Below the pieces are notes generated by a model. The model did no database searches, was not told where the DNA came from, and saw nothing but the letters and a program-made list of their open reading frames with translations. 64,000 nucleotides of DNA from Vicinamibacteria bacterium (lineage in GTDB: Bacteria; Acidobacteriota; Vicinamibacteria; Vicinamibacterales; JAENWD01), in assembly GCA_963806705.1 (NCBI GenBank), contig CAWDZE010000008.1, positions 104,700 through 168,699 of the forward strand, in the 5' to 3' direction. Positions 1 to 11,074 of the stretch are shown piece after piece. How positions within the stretch are numbered: position 1 is the stretch's first letter; every line of letters begins with the position of its first letter. A program made the position numbers and the translations under genes.

Positions 1-2
1 GT

Positions 3-2445
3 CTGGACCTCACACTGGGCAGCGGGTGGCCGTACGGCGGGCCCACCGTCGGGATCAAGGACGCGGCCAGCCGTCTGCGCCTCGACAGGATCGTCGTCGG
101 GCCCGGGGCGCCGCGCGTGGCGCGGCCGGCGATGACGGCCGGCGAGACATGGATTGGCGCGTTTGTCGGACCCGACGGCAACACGCCGGTGACCCCGGCG
201 TCGATGCAGCCACTGGCATGGCCCGACGCCGCCGATGCCGTGACGCTTCCCCCTGCGCCGCAGACGCGGCAGGTGTGGTTCTTCATCGCCGGGCGGACCG
301 GAATGCAGGTGAAGCGTCCCTCCATCGGCGCTGAAGGCTACGTCCTGAGCCACTACGACCGCGGGGCGTTGAACCGCTATCTCGAGCAGGTAGGTGCGCG
401 GCTGCTGACGCCGTTTGCCGGACGCCTCCCCTTTGCGATCTTCTGTGACAGCCTGGAAGTGTACGACTCGGACTGGTCGCCGGATCTCGCTTCGGAGTTT
501 AGGGCGCGCCGGGGCTACGACGTCACGCCGCTGCTCCCGCTGCTTGCGGCCGATCGCGGCGTGGAGGGCGCCATGGTCCGCGAAGACTGGGGCCGCACGC
601 TGACGGAGTTGCTCGACGAGCGGTTCATCGCACCGCTTGCCGTATGGGCGCGCGAACGCGGCACGCGGCTGCGCATCCAGGGCTACGGCATCCCACCGGC
701 GACCGTGTCGAGCAATGCCGCGGCCGATTTACCGGAAGGTGAAGGGCACCAGTGGCGCGAGCTCACCGCGTCGCGGTGGGCATCCTCGGCGAGCCACCTG
801 TTCGACAAACCCGTGGCGAGCAGCGAAACGTGGACATGGCTGCACTCGCCGTCGTTTCGCGCGACGCCGCTCGACATCAAGGCCGAAGCCGACCGCCACT
901 TCCTGCAGGGCATCACCCAGCTCATCGGCCATGGGTGGCCTTCGACGCCAGAAGGCGAGGCGTATCCGGGCTGGCGTTTCTACGCTGCCGGGGTTTTCAA
1001 CGATCGCAACCCGTGGTGGATTGCGATGCCGGACATGTCGCGCTACCTGCAACGGGTGAGTGCGGTGCTGCGCCAGGGGCGGCCCGGCAACGACGTCGCG
1101 CTGTACCTGCCGGTGCACGACGGCTACGCGCACGCGGCGGTGGGCCGGATGCACCTGCTCGAGCTGGTGAGAGAGCGGCTGGGGAGGGAAGTCATCGGCT
1201 CGATTCTCGACGCCGGCTACGGCTTCGACCTCGTCGACGACAAGGCACTGGCGCATCACGCCCGCATCGACGGTCAGGCGCTGGCGATCGGCGCGGGCCG
1301 CTATCGCGTGGTCGTCGTGCCGAACGTCGAGGCGATGGCGACCGAGACGCTCGACGTGCTTGCGCGCTTCGTCGACGCCGGCGGGCTCATCATCGCCACG
1401 ACGCACGCTCCCGCGCGCCCGCCCGGCCGCTCGACCGTTGCCGCACGCGACGACTTTGCAGCGCGCGCGAAGGCGCTGTTCACTCGCGCTGATGGCCGCG
1501 CGACGGTGACCTCCGATGCCGGCGCCGCGTTTCGCCGCGCGCTCAACGAGCGCGTGCCGCCTGCGATTCGCATCACGTCCAGGGACCCCGCGGTCGCGGA
1601 CGCTGAAAAGGCTGTTCTGTCCGACATCGGCGTCATCGAGCGGCGGTTCGGCGCGGAGGCGTCGCTCTTCTTCGTCGTCAACACATCGAATGAAGCCAGG
1701 GTGCTGACGATCCGCCTTGGGACGGCAGGGCGACAGGTCGAGTGGTGGAATCCCCTGGTGGACCACAAAGCGACGCTCGTGACCGACGCCGCCGGCACCA
1801 TCACGCTGACGCTGGCGCCCTATCAGTCATGCTTCCTCGTGCGCTCGACCAGCGCGGGACAACCTGATTTGCCATCAACGGCGGACCCGGCGCGCGAGAG
1901 CACGACCGGCACGCGCGTGCTGGGCCCCTGGCAGGTTACTGCCGGCACGGAGGCCTGGACAGCCATGGGCGCGTCGCTCTCGGGCTGGGATCAGCGCGAC
2001 ACCACACGGGTACTTCTCGGGCGTGGCGACCTATGAGACGACGGTGACGCTGAGCGAGGCGGAACTGCAGAACACGCGCGTCTGGCTCGACTTCGGCGAG
2101 GGCACGCGGGTTGCGGAGTACCCGATGCGTAACGGCTTCCGCGCCTGGCTCGATGGGCCCATCCGTGAAGCCGCGTGGGTGGACGTCAACGGCGGCCGCG
2201 TCGTTGGCGCCGTCTGGGCGCCGCCGTACCGCATGGACATCGCGGCCGGCGTCCGCGCCGGAGACAACCGCATTCACGTCCGCGTCGGCAACACCGCGAT
2301 GAACCACATGGCGGGGCAGTCGCTGCCGAACTATCGGCTGCTCAACCTGCGCTACGGCGAGCGGTTCGTGCCGCAGGACATGGATCAGGTGAAGGTGCTG
2401 CCATCGGGACTGACGGCGCCGGTGCGGTTGGTGTTGGGGAACTGA
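3..2445 (+). CDS. Glycoside hydrolase family 106 (alpha-L-rhamnosidase-like); 5'-partial, frameshift near 2020
   Basis: Frame is open from position 3 (LDLTLGSGWPYGGP), with CDSLEVY and ADRHFLQGITQLIGHG motifs. ORF 2023-2445 supplies the C-terminal VWAPPY...VGNTAMN...LPSGLTAPVRL domain typical of GH106. Confidence 0.8.
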
Positions 2446-2463
2446 CGCAGGGACCGTCTGGCA

Positions 2464-2643
2464 CTAGGCGCTGCGTTGCTCGCGGTCGCGCACGGCTGCA
2501 CTGCGGCGCACGAGCTCCTCGAACAGCCGATTGGCGAAAACCTCGAGCGAGACTTCCTGCTGAGGCACGGCGGCCGGCTGTGGCTTCACGAGCTGCAGCG
2601 CCGGGTCGAAGGGCAGCGGTGGCTGGTCGCATCGGTCAGACAT
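2464..2643 (-). CDS. Small hypothetical protein (59 aa, MSDRCDQPPLPFDP...EVFANRLFEELVRR...)
   Basis: ATG-to-TAG ORF read by hand, genome-like codon usage, fills the intergenic gap; below the track cutoff. Confidence 0.35.
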   Translation of the reverse strand: MSDRCDQPPLPFDPALQLVKPQPAAVPQQEVSLEVFANRLFEELVRRSAAVRDREQRSA

Positions 2644-2942
2644 GGGCGTCCGATCAGCCGTATCGGACCGACGGCGGCGCGTCTGCAGGGGAGGTGTAGA
2701 AGACCTGGAGGGACGCGGCCGTCGGGGAGCCGAACGGCCACGTGCCCCCGACCGTGACTGCCGTGGGCGCGGTCACAGTCGACCCCCCGGATCCCTCGAT
2801 GAGGACCGCGGAGTGCGCTGAGTATGCGGAGCCGGGCACGGCCCGGCAATGGACCGAAGGTACCTGGTACTGGAGGCGTGGTTCGTTGGTACTGAGTCGA
2901 ATCGCCGCGGCTACCGAAGTGGGGCGCCGGGCCGACCGCCGG

Positions 2943-3599
2943 CTACGGCTCGAACCGGTTGGCCAGCAGCTTGTGATGAACGGCATAGGAAGCCAGCTCC
3001 AGCCTGGTCGAAACGCCCAGCTTGTCGAAGATCCGCTGCAGGTGGTTCTTCACCGTCTGCTCTCGCAGGCCGCACCGGTCGGCGATCTCGCGGTTGCTGG
3101 CGCCATCCACGATGGCCGCGACGATGTCCAGCTCGCGCGCGGTGAGCCCGGTGGCTGGATGCCGCCGCGCCGGATGCAGCTGAAGCGCCGCCACCATGTC
3201 GCGCACGGCGTCACGGTCCACCCAGAGCTCGCCCGCCACGACCGTGCGGATGCAATCGAGCAGCACGGTCGTCGCTGTCTCCTTTGTCACGATCCCGCGG
3301 ACGCCCAGCTGCACGGCGTTCAATTGCTCGGCGCGATCGATTGCTGCGGTCAGAAGGATCACGCGAGTCGGGATTGGATCGGGCACAAGCTCGCGCAGCG
3401 TCGCCAGCCCGCCGCCGCCGGGCATCAGCAGATCGAGCAGCAACACGTCTGGCAGATGGTGCCGCGACAGCTCCACGGCCTGCCGCGCGTCGCTCGCCTC
3501 GGCCACGACCTGCATTCCCGGTTCGGAATCGAGCAGCCGGCGCAGCCCCTGACGGAAGATCGGATGGTCGTCGGCGATGACGATCCGGATGGGGGTCAT
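2943..3599 (-). CDS. NarL/FixJ-family response regulator (REC + LuxR HTH)
   Basis: IADDHPIFRQG, LLDLLMP, LTARELDIV...SNREIA...TVKNHL motifs. Confidence 0.95.
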   Translation of the reverse strand: MTPIRIVIADDHPIFRQGLRRLLDSEPGMQVVAEASDARQAVELSRHHLPDVLLLDLLMPGGGGLATLRELVPDPIPTRVILLTAAIDRAEQLNAVQLGVRGIVTKETATTVLLDCIRTVVAGELWVDRDAVRDMVAALQLHPARRHPATGLTARELDIVAAIVDGASNREIADRCGLREQTVKNHLQRIFDKLGVSTRLELASYAVHHKLLANRFEP

Positions 3600-5314
3600 C
3601 GGCCACTCCGGGGCACTTCGATCTCGAGCCGCGAGCCTCGCCCAGGCGCCGAGTCCAGCGTCAGCGTGCCGCCCAGGCCGCGCACGCGCTCCTTGATCAC
3701 CATGGGGCCGCGGCGTTCGGCGTCGAGCTGGTCCAGCGAGTAGCGGCCGTTGAACTCGAAGCCCTTGCCGTCGTCGTCGATCGTGAGCTGCCAGCGCTCG
3801 CCTTGGGCGCCGAATCGAAGCAGCACGTGGCGCGCGCCGCTGTGCTTGCGGATGTTGACCAGCGCCTCCTGCGCGATGCGGAGGATCTCGCGCCCCACGC
3901 GCGGCGCGATCTGCACGTCGTTGAGGTCGCAGACGAAGCGGGCGTCGATGCTGGTGTCGCGCCGAAAGCGATCCGCGGCCGAGGCCAGCTGGCCCGGCAG
4001 ATCGGCCACCCCGAGATCGACGGGCTTGAGCTGCTGCATCAGCTCGCGCGTGTTCAGGGCCGAAGCCCGCAACGTCTCGCGGATAGCCTGCAGCTCGGTG
4101 GCCGTCGCCGGGCTGGTCTTCTCGAGCTCCCGGCGCAGGGTCTCTACGTGCATTTCCAGTCCCACGAGTTGCTGGATCACGCCGTCGTGCAGCTCGCGCG
4201 CCACCCGTGCACGCTCCATCGCGGTCGCACGCGAGCGAAGGCGTCCCAGCAGGTACAAGCTGTAGAGCGCCGGGCCGATCTGCGGCAGCATGCTCGACAG
4301 CCAGCGCTGGCCCCGCTCGTCGGTCGACGAGGACGGATCATAGAGAAAGAGGCGGCCCGCCCACTCGTGAGAGATCTGCCATTCACCAATGAGCGCGCGC
4401 CGTGCGCTGCCAAGCTGCGCGTGGAGTGCGCCGGTCGTCGTGGCGTCGGCGCGGAGCAGCCGGTCCTCGTAGGCGATCTCAAACCGCCCGCGACGGCGCT
4501 GGACGAAACGGACGGCTGACACTCCGGGCAGCGGCGCCCACCAGATGGCGCGTCGGTCCTCGTCGAGCTCGGAGAGGTGCACCTCGGCGTCGCGCGACGG
4601 CAGGTCCCACAGATACATGCGGCCAGACGTCACCTCCTTCACCGCCAGCGCCGCGCGCGTGGCGCCAAACGCGGTGGCCAGTTCCGCCAGGAGCGGCCGC
4701 AGGCTGGCCCGCATCCCGCCGGCCAGGCTGACCGTGGCCAGCACGCGCGCCACGGTGGCCGACTGGCGCCGGGCGTGATGCTGCTCTTCGGCCAGCGCGC
4801 CGATCAGGTAGGCGATGCCCGTGACATAGGCGGCGCTCACGGCTAGAGAACCGCTGGCGGGCCCGCCGGCAAACGGCCCCAGGGGCGGCAGCGCGCCCTC
4901 GACCATCAGCAACGCGCCCGTCACCAGCCCGGTGAGCACGGTCGCTTTCTGGCCCCAGCGAAACCCTGCGGCGATGACCGGATACGCGGACACGACGAAG
5001 AAGAGGGTGGCCGGCCGGTCGCTGAGCGGGGCCACGGCCAGAATCCACGCGACGTCCAGCGCGTGCAGGGCGATGCTCAGCGACCCGATGAATGGCGTGA
5101 GCAGCGCCACCAGGACCGCGGCGGTCAGCGCAAAGATGGTGTACGACCAGATGAGCATCGCGCCCAGGGTGGAGTCGACCCTGGGCGGCTCCGGGTCTGC
5201 CTGGACGAGCAAGATGGCGATGAGGGCCAGCCCGAGCCGCGCCAGAGCCAGGACCCGCTCCAGGCGGACGCGCCGATCGTCGTCGAACGAGGGGTTCAGC
5301 AAGTGACTGGACAC
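3596..5314 (-). CDS. Membrane sensor histidine kinase (HisKA_3 + HATPase)
   Basis: ERARVARELHDGVIQ, QEALVNIRKHSGA, DDDGKGF; N-terminal TM helices; overlaps the regulator start. Confidence 0.95.
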   Translation of the reverse strand: MSSHLLNPSFDDDRRVRLERVLALARLGLALIAILLVQADPEPPRVDSTLGAMLIWSYTIFALTAAVLVALLTPFIGSLSIALHALDVAWILAVAPLSDRPATLFFVVSAYPVIAAGFRWGQKATVLTGLVTGALLMVEGALPPLGPFAGGPASGSLAVSAAYVTGIAYLIGALAEEQHHARRQSATVARVLATVSLAGGMRASLRPLLAELATAFGATRAALAVKEVTSGRMYLWDLPSRDAEVHLSELDEDRRAIWWAPLPGVSAVRFVQRRRGRFEIAYEDRLLRADATTTGALHAQLGSARRALIGEWQISHEWAGRLFLYDPSSSTDERGQRWLSSMLPQIGPALYSLYLLGRLRSRATAMERARVARELHDGVIQQLVGLEMHVETLRRELEKTSPATATELQAIRETLRASALNTRELMQQLKPVDLGVADLPGQLASAADRFRRDTSIDARFVCDLNDVQIAPRVGREILRIAQEALVNIRKHSGARHVLLRFGAQGERWQLTIDDDGKGFEFNGRYSLDQLDAERRGPMVIKERVRGLGGTLTLDSAPGRGSRLEIEVPRSGR

Positions 5315-5444
5315 CTAGCCCGGCGATTCTACGCGCGACCCCAACTGCCGTGGTAGTGGCCCCTGGATTCTCCTTGTTGCCGCCATATGGCAGCGCTAGG
5401 ATTGACGAAGAACTCCCATCCGTGTCGCCTCAAGGAGGCCTTTC

Positions 5445-5783
5445 ATGAATCGTGTGGTCGGATTGCTTGCTGCGCTGCTGCTCGTCGGATTCGTTTCTAC
5501 CTCGTCTGCGTCGGACAAGACCAAGAACGCCAAGGGCACCGTCAAGACGGTCGCCGCCGACACCGTCACGGTGACCGACGCCGCCGGCAAGGACTGGACC
5601 TTTGCCGTCGACGCCAAGACCAAGTTGATCGCCAGCGGCGGCTCGCACAAGACCGCCGAGACCAAGAGCATGGGCAAGTCGCCGTTGATCACCGACCTGG
5701 TGAAGGAGGGCACGAAGGTCACCGTCAAGTACCACGAGCTCGAGGGCGGCAAGATGCATGCGGCGGAGGTGCGGGTGCTCTGA
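5445..5783 (+). CDS. Secreted small beta-rich protein (DUF5666/OB-fold-like)
   Basis: AAGGAGG RBS, signal peptide, KGTVKTV...VTVTD...KVTVKY pattern. Confidence 0.75.
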   Translation: MNRVVGLLAALLLVGFVSTSSASDKTKNAKGTVKTVAADTVTVTDAAGKDWTFAVDAKTKLIASGGSHKTAETKSMGKSPLITDLVKEGTKVTVKYHELEGGKMHAAEVRVL

Positions 5784-5841
5784 TCGGCGAAGTCTTTTGC
5801 AGGAGTTGGTCACGCGCCGCGGCGCCTGACCAGCTCCTGTG

Positions 5842-6780
5842 TCACTCCTTCCGCACGTAGTCGCGGTCGATCCGCACCGCCAGCGCGCTCAGGCCGATCA
5901 TCACTATCCCGAACACGATCAGCGCCAGCGGCCAGCCGATGGAGTCGGCGAAGTGCTCGCTTGTGAACCAGCCGGTGTAGGCGAGCAGCGCCAGCGTCGA
6001 GACGGCGAGCAGCGTGCGGCTATGCAGCACCGCGCTGAGATAGACGAAGCCGGCGGCCACTGCAAGGAAGCCGATCTCGAGCGGCGTGCGCTCGACGGCG
6101 TCGAACACCCCATACAGAAACGACGCGGCGCCTACGAAGTACCAGACCGGCGTGATGTCGCGATGCCCGGCGCGGTCCGTGCCCACCGCCGCGAGCAGCA
6201 GGCTTCCGCCCAGTACGAGGTCGACGACCGTCTGGTCGGCGTCGAGCAGGTCGAGCGCCGTCCAGCAGAAGAGCACTCCGAACAGGATGACGAGGAAGAG
6301 CGGCGTCGATCGACGGGTGCCACGGAACACGGCAATGAATTGCAGCGCCATGGTGCCGGTCGTGACGAGGCTTGCCCAGCGCCAGTCGCCGCCCGTGCCG
6401 AACTCGTCGAACGCGACGAGCATGCCTGTCGGTTCGAGCACCGCCGCCGCCAGCAGCAGCGGCATCGTCGCCGCGCCGTAGCGCGGGTCACGATGCGACA
6501 GCACCGCGAGCGCGAACGCCGCGAGGCCCGACCCCAGCGTCACGATCACGCGCGCCGCCGAGTTCATGTCGTTCCACTGCAGCGCGATGAACACGCCGAC
6601 GCCGGCGAAGACGAAGATGCCGCCGAGGACCCCCAGCACGCGAACGAGCACGCTCTTGCCGCGGGTGGCGACGGTGTCTACCGGCGGGTTTCCCAGAGCC
6701 GCGGCGATGTCGTCGGCCGAGAGCCCATGCTGGCGCGCCAGGGCGGTAATCTGGTCGAGCGCGCGAGCCCGTTCCTCCAC
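5842..6780 (-). CDS. DUF2157-like integral membrane protein
   Basis: LGGIFVFAGVGVFIALQWNDM motif and ~9 TM segments. Confidence 0.75.
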   Translation of the reverse strand: MEERARALDQITALARQHGLSADDIAAALGNPPVDTVATRGKSVLVRVLGVLGGIFVFAGVGVFIALQWNDMNSAARVIVTLGSGLAAFALAVLSHRDPRYGAATMPLLLAAAVLEPTGMLVAFDEFGTGGDWRWASLVTTGTMALQFIAVFRGTRRSTPLFLVILFGVLFCWTALDLLDADQTVVDLVLGGSLLLAAVGTDRAGHRDITPVWYFVGAASFLYGVFDAVERTPLEIGFLAVAAGFVYLSAVLHSRTLLAVSTLALLAYTGWFTSEHFADSIGWPLALIVFGIVMIGLSALAVRIDRDYVRKE

Positions 6781-6781
6781 G

Positions 6782-7414
6782 TCAGCGAGCCTCGCCGTCG
6801 ACGAGCCAGCCCACGGAGTACACGGGGGCCTGATATGGGGAGGCCGCCGGCAGCACGATCGGCACGACGCGTCCGCGGTTGACCAGCGTCGCCGCCTGGT
6901 CGTAGCGGTTCATCCCGAAGAGATCGCCGACCAGGCCCGGGCCGCGGCGTGTGCGCACCTCGAACTCGTAGCCGTCAGGCGCCTTGGCCTGGGCCAGAAC
7001 GCGCCGGCCGGCCAGCGCCTCGACGACGATCGTCTGCGGCGGGTCGTTCTCGGCCATGGTGGCTGGCAGCGGCACCGGGATCTCCCGCACGTTCATCGTC
7101 GCGTGCTCGACGAGCACGAGCGAAGCGATTTGCGGATACCCGTGCATGGGGAGCGGGCGCACGGTCGCTTCGATCCTGCCGTCCCGGACCGCGAACTCCA
7201 CGCTGATGCGGCGCGCAGGGTCGTACTGGCCGGATGCGCGCAGGACCAGGTCGTAGGCTGGCGGTGGCACGGTCCAGCGCGGGATTACGGAGGCCACGAA
7301 GAACAGCAGCACCACCGCGACCGGCAGCGCAAAGGCTGCGACCAGGAAGGCGTTGTCGCGAAGAAAGCGCCCGCCACGAGGCATGCGGGATTCTAGCAGG
7401 ACCAGCCCAGCCAT
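6782..7414 (-). CDS. Hypothetical membrane-anchored protein
   Basis: Single N-terminal TM helix; abuts the downstream DUF2157 gene; start may be 7385. Confidence 0.7.
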   Translation of the reverse strand: MAGLVLLESRMPRGGRFLRDNAFLVAAFALPVAVVLLFFVASVIPRWTVPPPAYDLVLRASGQYDPARRISVEFAVRDGRIEATVRPLPMHGYPQIASLVLVEHATMNVREIPVPLPATMAENDPPQTIVVEALAGRRVLAQAKAPDGYEFEVRTRRGPGLVGDLFGMNRYDQAATLVNRGRVVPIVLPAASPYQAPVYSVGWLVDGEAR

Positions 7415-7469
7415 GATGTAGGCTGTGGCTGAGTTTCGGGTCGCCCCGCTCGCTTACGAGGAGTTCAGC

Positions 7470-8774
7470 ATGCGTTCACGGATCGTGGTTGCCGGTTTGT
7501 GCCTGCTTCTGAGCTCGGTGGCCTCTGCGCGGCAACCCGAGCCAGTCCCTCCGCAGCTGCCGCCGACGACGGCCAGCACCGCACGGGCCGACGAGCCCGT
7601 CGCGGTTCCGGAACCGACGGAGCTCGCGCTGAGGTATCACCACACGGGTCTGGTCCTTTGGGCCGTCACGATCGTCTGGGGGCTGGCGATCCCGGCGCTG
7701 TTCCTCTTCACGGGGTTTTCCGCGCGCATCCGCACCTGGGCCCAGAAGCTCGGCAAGAAGTGGTTCTTCGTCATCGGCCTGTATTTCGCGATCTTCAGCG
7801 TCATCACCTTTCTCATCGATCTGCCCCTGTCGTACTACCAGGGCTTCGTGCGGCAGCACGCGTACGGGCTCTCGAACCAGACGCTGGGGAAGTGGATCAC
7901 CGACTCGTTGACGGGGCTGGCCGTCGGCATCGTGATCGGGGGGCTGTTCCTGTGGGTGCCGTACCTGCTGCTGAAACGAAGCCCGCGCCGGTGGTGGCTC
8001 TACACGGGCCTGCTGATGATTCCGTTTCTGGTCCTGATGATCCTGGTACAGCCGGTGTGGATCGATCCGCTGTTCAATGACTTCGGGCCGATGAAGAACA
8101 AGGTGCTCGAGGCCAACATCCTGGCCCTGGCCGAGCGGTCGGGCATCGAAGGCGGCCGTGTGTACGAAGTCGCCAAGAGCGAAGACACGAAGGTCCTGAA
8201 CGCGTACGTCACGGGATTCGGCAACACCAAGCGCATCGTCCTGTGGGACACGACCATCGCCAAGCTCGACGAGCAGGAGCTGCTCTTCGTGATGGGCCAC
8301 GAGATGGGGCACTACGTGCTTGGTCACGTGTGGAAGTCGATCCTGTTTTTTTCCGCCGTGATCATGGCGACGCTGTTTGCCATCCACAAGACTGCCGGAT
8401 GGCTCATCGCCCGATACCAGGGCCGCTTCGGCTTCAGCGAGCTGTCCGACGTCGCGTCGCTGCCGCTGATACTCCTGCTGTTCGGCGCGTACCTGTTCGT
8501 CGTGACGCCAGGCGTGCTGGCATTCACTCGCAGCCAGGAGCACGAATCGGATCGGTTCGGCCTGGAGATTCTGCAGAACAACCGTGCTGCCGCAACCGCG
8601 TTCGTCAAGCTGCAGACCGAGAACCTGGGCATTCCCCGCCCGCACTGGCTGGTCAGGTTGTGGCAGGCCAGCCATCCGACGCTCGGGGAGCGCATTGATT
8701 TCTGCAACGCGTATCGCCCGTGGACCAAAGGCGAGGCTTTGCGCTATGGGCACCTCTTCAAGGACGGGAAGTAG
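7470..8774 (+). CDS. M48 family (Ste24-like) zinc metallopeptidase
   Basis: NAYVTGFGNTKRIVLWDT, GHEMGH, EHESD, SHPTLGERI motifs. Confidence 0.93.
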   Translation: MRSRIVVAGLCLLLSSVASARQPEPVPPQLPPTTASTARADEPVAVPEPTELALRYHHTGLVLWAVTIVWGLAIPALFLFTGFSARIRTWAQKLGKKWFFVIGLYFAIFSVITFLIDLPLSYYQGFVRQHAYGLSNQTLGKWITDSLTGLAVGIVIGGLFLWVPYLLLKRSPRRWWLYTGLLMIPFLVLMILVQPVWIDPLFNDFGPMKNKVLEANILALAERSGIEGGRVYEVAKSEDTKVLNAYVTGFGNTKRIVLWDTTIAKLDEQELLFVMGHEMGHYVLGHVWKSILFFSAVIMATLFAIHKTAGWLIARYQGRFGFSELSDVASLPLILLLFGAYLFVVTPGVLAFTRSQEHESDRFGLEILQNNRAAATAFVKLQTENLGIPRPHWLVRLWQASHPTLGERIDFCNAYRPWTKGEALRYGHLFKDGK

Positions 8775-8775
8775 G

Positions 8776-9225
8776 TCAGTCGCACCGCATCGGGTCGGAT
8801 ATTCGCGACACCCTGGTCAGGTTGAACCAGGCGACGTCCGGGTCTACGCCGGCGCCTGCACGGGCCGGCCGTGCGCGGACCCAGGAGCCCTGCACGCCTT
8901 CGACACGCCATGGCACATCGCGCCACCGCGCTGCGCCGGTCAGGTCGATGAAGTAGCAGCGGCCCTCCTCCACGAATGAAGGCGCTGCCGGAGCGGCGCT
9001 TCCGGCCGCGCCGGCGATACGCACGGGCAACGGCGCGCTTGCCGTGACGCTCACTTCACCCGTGACGGGAAGCGGAAGCGGCTCGACGACCCGCGCCGAC
9101 ATCGGCCGGGGATCTTCTCCCGGCCGGGCGAGCTGCGCGCTCGCCCCCGGCGTCCACATGCTGACGGCGCCCGCGACGAGCGAGAGCGTCACGACGAGTC
9201 CAAGTGCACGAAGGCATGTAGTCAC
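8776..9225 (-). CDS. Hypothetical exported protein
   Basis: AGGAGG RBS, signal peptide-like N-terminus; fits between neighbours. Confidence 0.65.
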   Translation of the reverse strand: MTTCLRALGLVVTLSLVAGAVSMWTPGASAQLARPGEDPRPMSARVVEPLPLPVTGEVSVTASAPLPVRIAGAAGSAAPAAPSFVEEGRCYFIDLTGAARWRDVPWRVEGVQGSWVRARPARAGAGVDPDVAWFNLTRVSRISDPMRCD

Positions 9226-9240
9226 GAGTCCCTCCTGACC

Positions 9241-10302
9241 TCAGCGGAACCAGGCGCCGAACCCCCAGCAGATGAGCGCGTTGGCAGTCGCCATCGTGAA
9301 GTCGTCGGTGCCGCGCGGGGAGTACAGCTCGAGCAGCGTGTTCGACGTCGCGATCACCAGCGAGAGCGCCAGCCACGGCGTCCCGAGGCCGTGCGCCGTC
9401 ACGACCCCTGCGCCCACGACCAGCGACGCCAGGAATCCCGCGACGATTCCGGTCACCGACTTCCGGTTGACGTCGCCGATCCCCCAGACTCGAATCCGTT
9501 GTTTGCCGAAGAGCGATCCGAACACCTCGGCGCTCGCGTCGGTCGCTATATAGGAGCCCCAGATCATCGCGAAGACCGGCGCAAACTCCTCCTTCGGGAA
9601 GACCTCCGCCAGCTGGACGCCGATTGGGACCATCACGAACTTGAAGCCGGTCCACAGCGTCGCGATGAGCAGGCAGTTCGCGCGGCCGAGCACGCCGTCC
9701 ATCACGCGCGACTGCGGTCCGTAGAAGAATGCCCCCAGCAATCCGCTGGAGCGGAAGAAGGCGAGGAAGATCCAGCTGGTCACGACGCCGTCGAGCAGGT
9801 TGTCCTGGAAGGCCTTGCTGGCAAAGTCGGGGTTCTGCTCCTGCGCGACCTGCACGTAAACATAGTAGAAACCGGCGGCGGCCAGCGTGATGAACCGGCC
9901 GCGGCGGCCAATCATGTCCGTGATGCGGATGCGCCGCTCGGAGTAGCGGCTGACCAGGTCGCCGACGTCGTACGGCCGGTCCATACGCGAGGAGAACGCG
10001 TCGCGCCGCTCCTGCTTCGTGAACCCGACGAAGTAGCGAAGCAGCGCCCCCTTGATCGCCCACCAGATGACGCCCCAGATCACGTACAGGAACATCACCC
10101 CGAAGAAGACCCGGCCCGCGGTGTCCAGGTTGACCGTGTAGTCGCGGAAGAAGAAGGATCCGCCGGTGAAAAACGTCACCAGCCAGAAGACCGACAGCGC
10201 CGCGTTGAACGCCAGCGCGCTCTTGTAGATGACGTCGGCCGTCCTGCGGCGACTGTCGGATGGCGCCGCTGCTGGCGAAGAATCGCCAGTCACTGGCTGC
10301 AT
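9241..10302 (-). CDS. Membrane protein with C-terminal CTP_transf_1 / phytol-dolichol-kinase-like domain
   Basis: DASAEVFGSLFGK...NRKSVTG...ELYSPRGTDD motifs resemble polyprenol kinase/cytidylyltransferase signatures. Confidence 0.65.
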   Translation of the reverse strand: MQPVTGDSSPAAAPSDSRRRTADVIYKSALAFNAALSVFWLVTFFTGGSFFFRDYTVNLDTAGRVFFGVMFLYVIWGVIWWAIKGALLRYFVGFTKQERRDAFSSRMDRPYDVGDLVSRYSERRIRITDMIGRRGRFITLAAAGFYYVYVQVAQEQNPDFASKAFQDNLLDGVVTSWIFLAFFRSSGLLGAFFYGPQSRVMDGVLGRANCLLIATLWTGFKFVMVPIGVQLAEVFPKEEFAPVFAMIWGSYIATDASAEVFGSLFGKQRIRVWGIGDVNRKSVTGIVAGFLASLVVGAGVVTAHGLGTPWLALSLVIATSNTLLELYSPRGTDDFTMATANALICWGFGAWFR

Positions 10303-10422
10303 GGCCTGCTATTGTTCACCTCCGCAGCTCTTCGACCAAATGGGGCCGGCACGTCGCAGGCAAGGCCGGGGCATGACAGCGAGGCCGGAGTCAGCCGGCC
10401 TTCGGCCTGCCTACCGAATTGG

Positions 10423-10503
10423 TCAACGGCGCCGGAAGAAAAATCCGCCGCCGCCAAGGAGAAGAATGACCACGACGATGAGGAGTAGCGTGTTGGTGTC
10501 CAT
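10423..10503 (-). CDS. 26-aa small membrane protein MDTNTLLLIVVVILLLGGGGFFFRRR
   Basis: Read by hand: single TM helix, Gly run, basic C-terminus; not in the ORF track. Confidence 0.7.
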   Translation of the reverse strand: MDTNTLLLIVVVILLLGGGGFFFRRR

Positions 10504-10669
10504 GGCGTCCCGGTGGGGCAACAGCCGTGCCAGATGACCGGTGCAGGGCTTTCGGCGACCATCTGAACGAGCGACGCCCGCAGCCAAGCCTGGCGAACCC
10601 GCCGTGATATGTAAGTTCCACTCACATGAAGCCCAGCAACACCATCAGATTCAGCCGTGATGCCGTCCT

Positions 10670-11074
10670 ATGAAGACCCAGATCTCGCCCATGCTGGCCG
10701 TCAACGACGGCAACGCGGCTATTGCGTTCTACAAAGCTGCCTTCGGAGCGGTGCTGCTCTGGCGCCTGGGCGACGAGCACGTCGTCGCCGGACTCGCCAT
10801 TGAGGGCGCCCAGTTCTTTCTCGCGCACGAGTCGCCGCCGCACGGCACGCGGAGCCCGGCCTCGGTGAGCTTCACGACGGTGCGGATCGAGCTCTTCGTG
10901 GATGACCCCGTCGCCGTGCACCGGCGCGCCCTGGCCGCCGGTGCGATCGATCACAGCCCCGTGGTCGAACACGCGCACACGACGGTCGGACCCCGCCCGA
11001 TTGCGCGCATGCTCCAGGGCGCTGTGGTTGACCCGTTCGGTCACCTGTGGCTCGTTGGGAAGATCCTCGAGTAG
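10670..11074 (+). CDS. VOC/glyoxalase (PhnB-like) protein
   Basis: AIAFYKAAFGA...DPFGHLWLV. Confidence 0.9.
   Translation: MKTQISPMLAVNDGNAAIAFYKAAFGAVLLWRLGDEHVVAGLAIEGAQFFLAHESPPHGTRSPASVSFTTVRIELFVDDPVAVHRRALAAGAIDHSPVVEHAHTTVGPRPIARMLQGAVVDPFGHLWLVGKILE

Noticed and set aside
2855..2900. GTACC/GGTAC palindromes as binding sites of the NarL-type regulator
   Set aside because: Too short and irregularly spaced to support from sequence alone.
10502..10511. ATGGCGTCCC as the outermost tRNA-Glu att copy
   Set aside because: Only a 9-10-bp match, explained by the start/RBS region of the minus-strand 26-aa peptide; the flanks share nothing with the other junctions.
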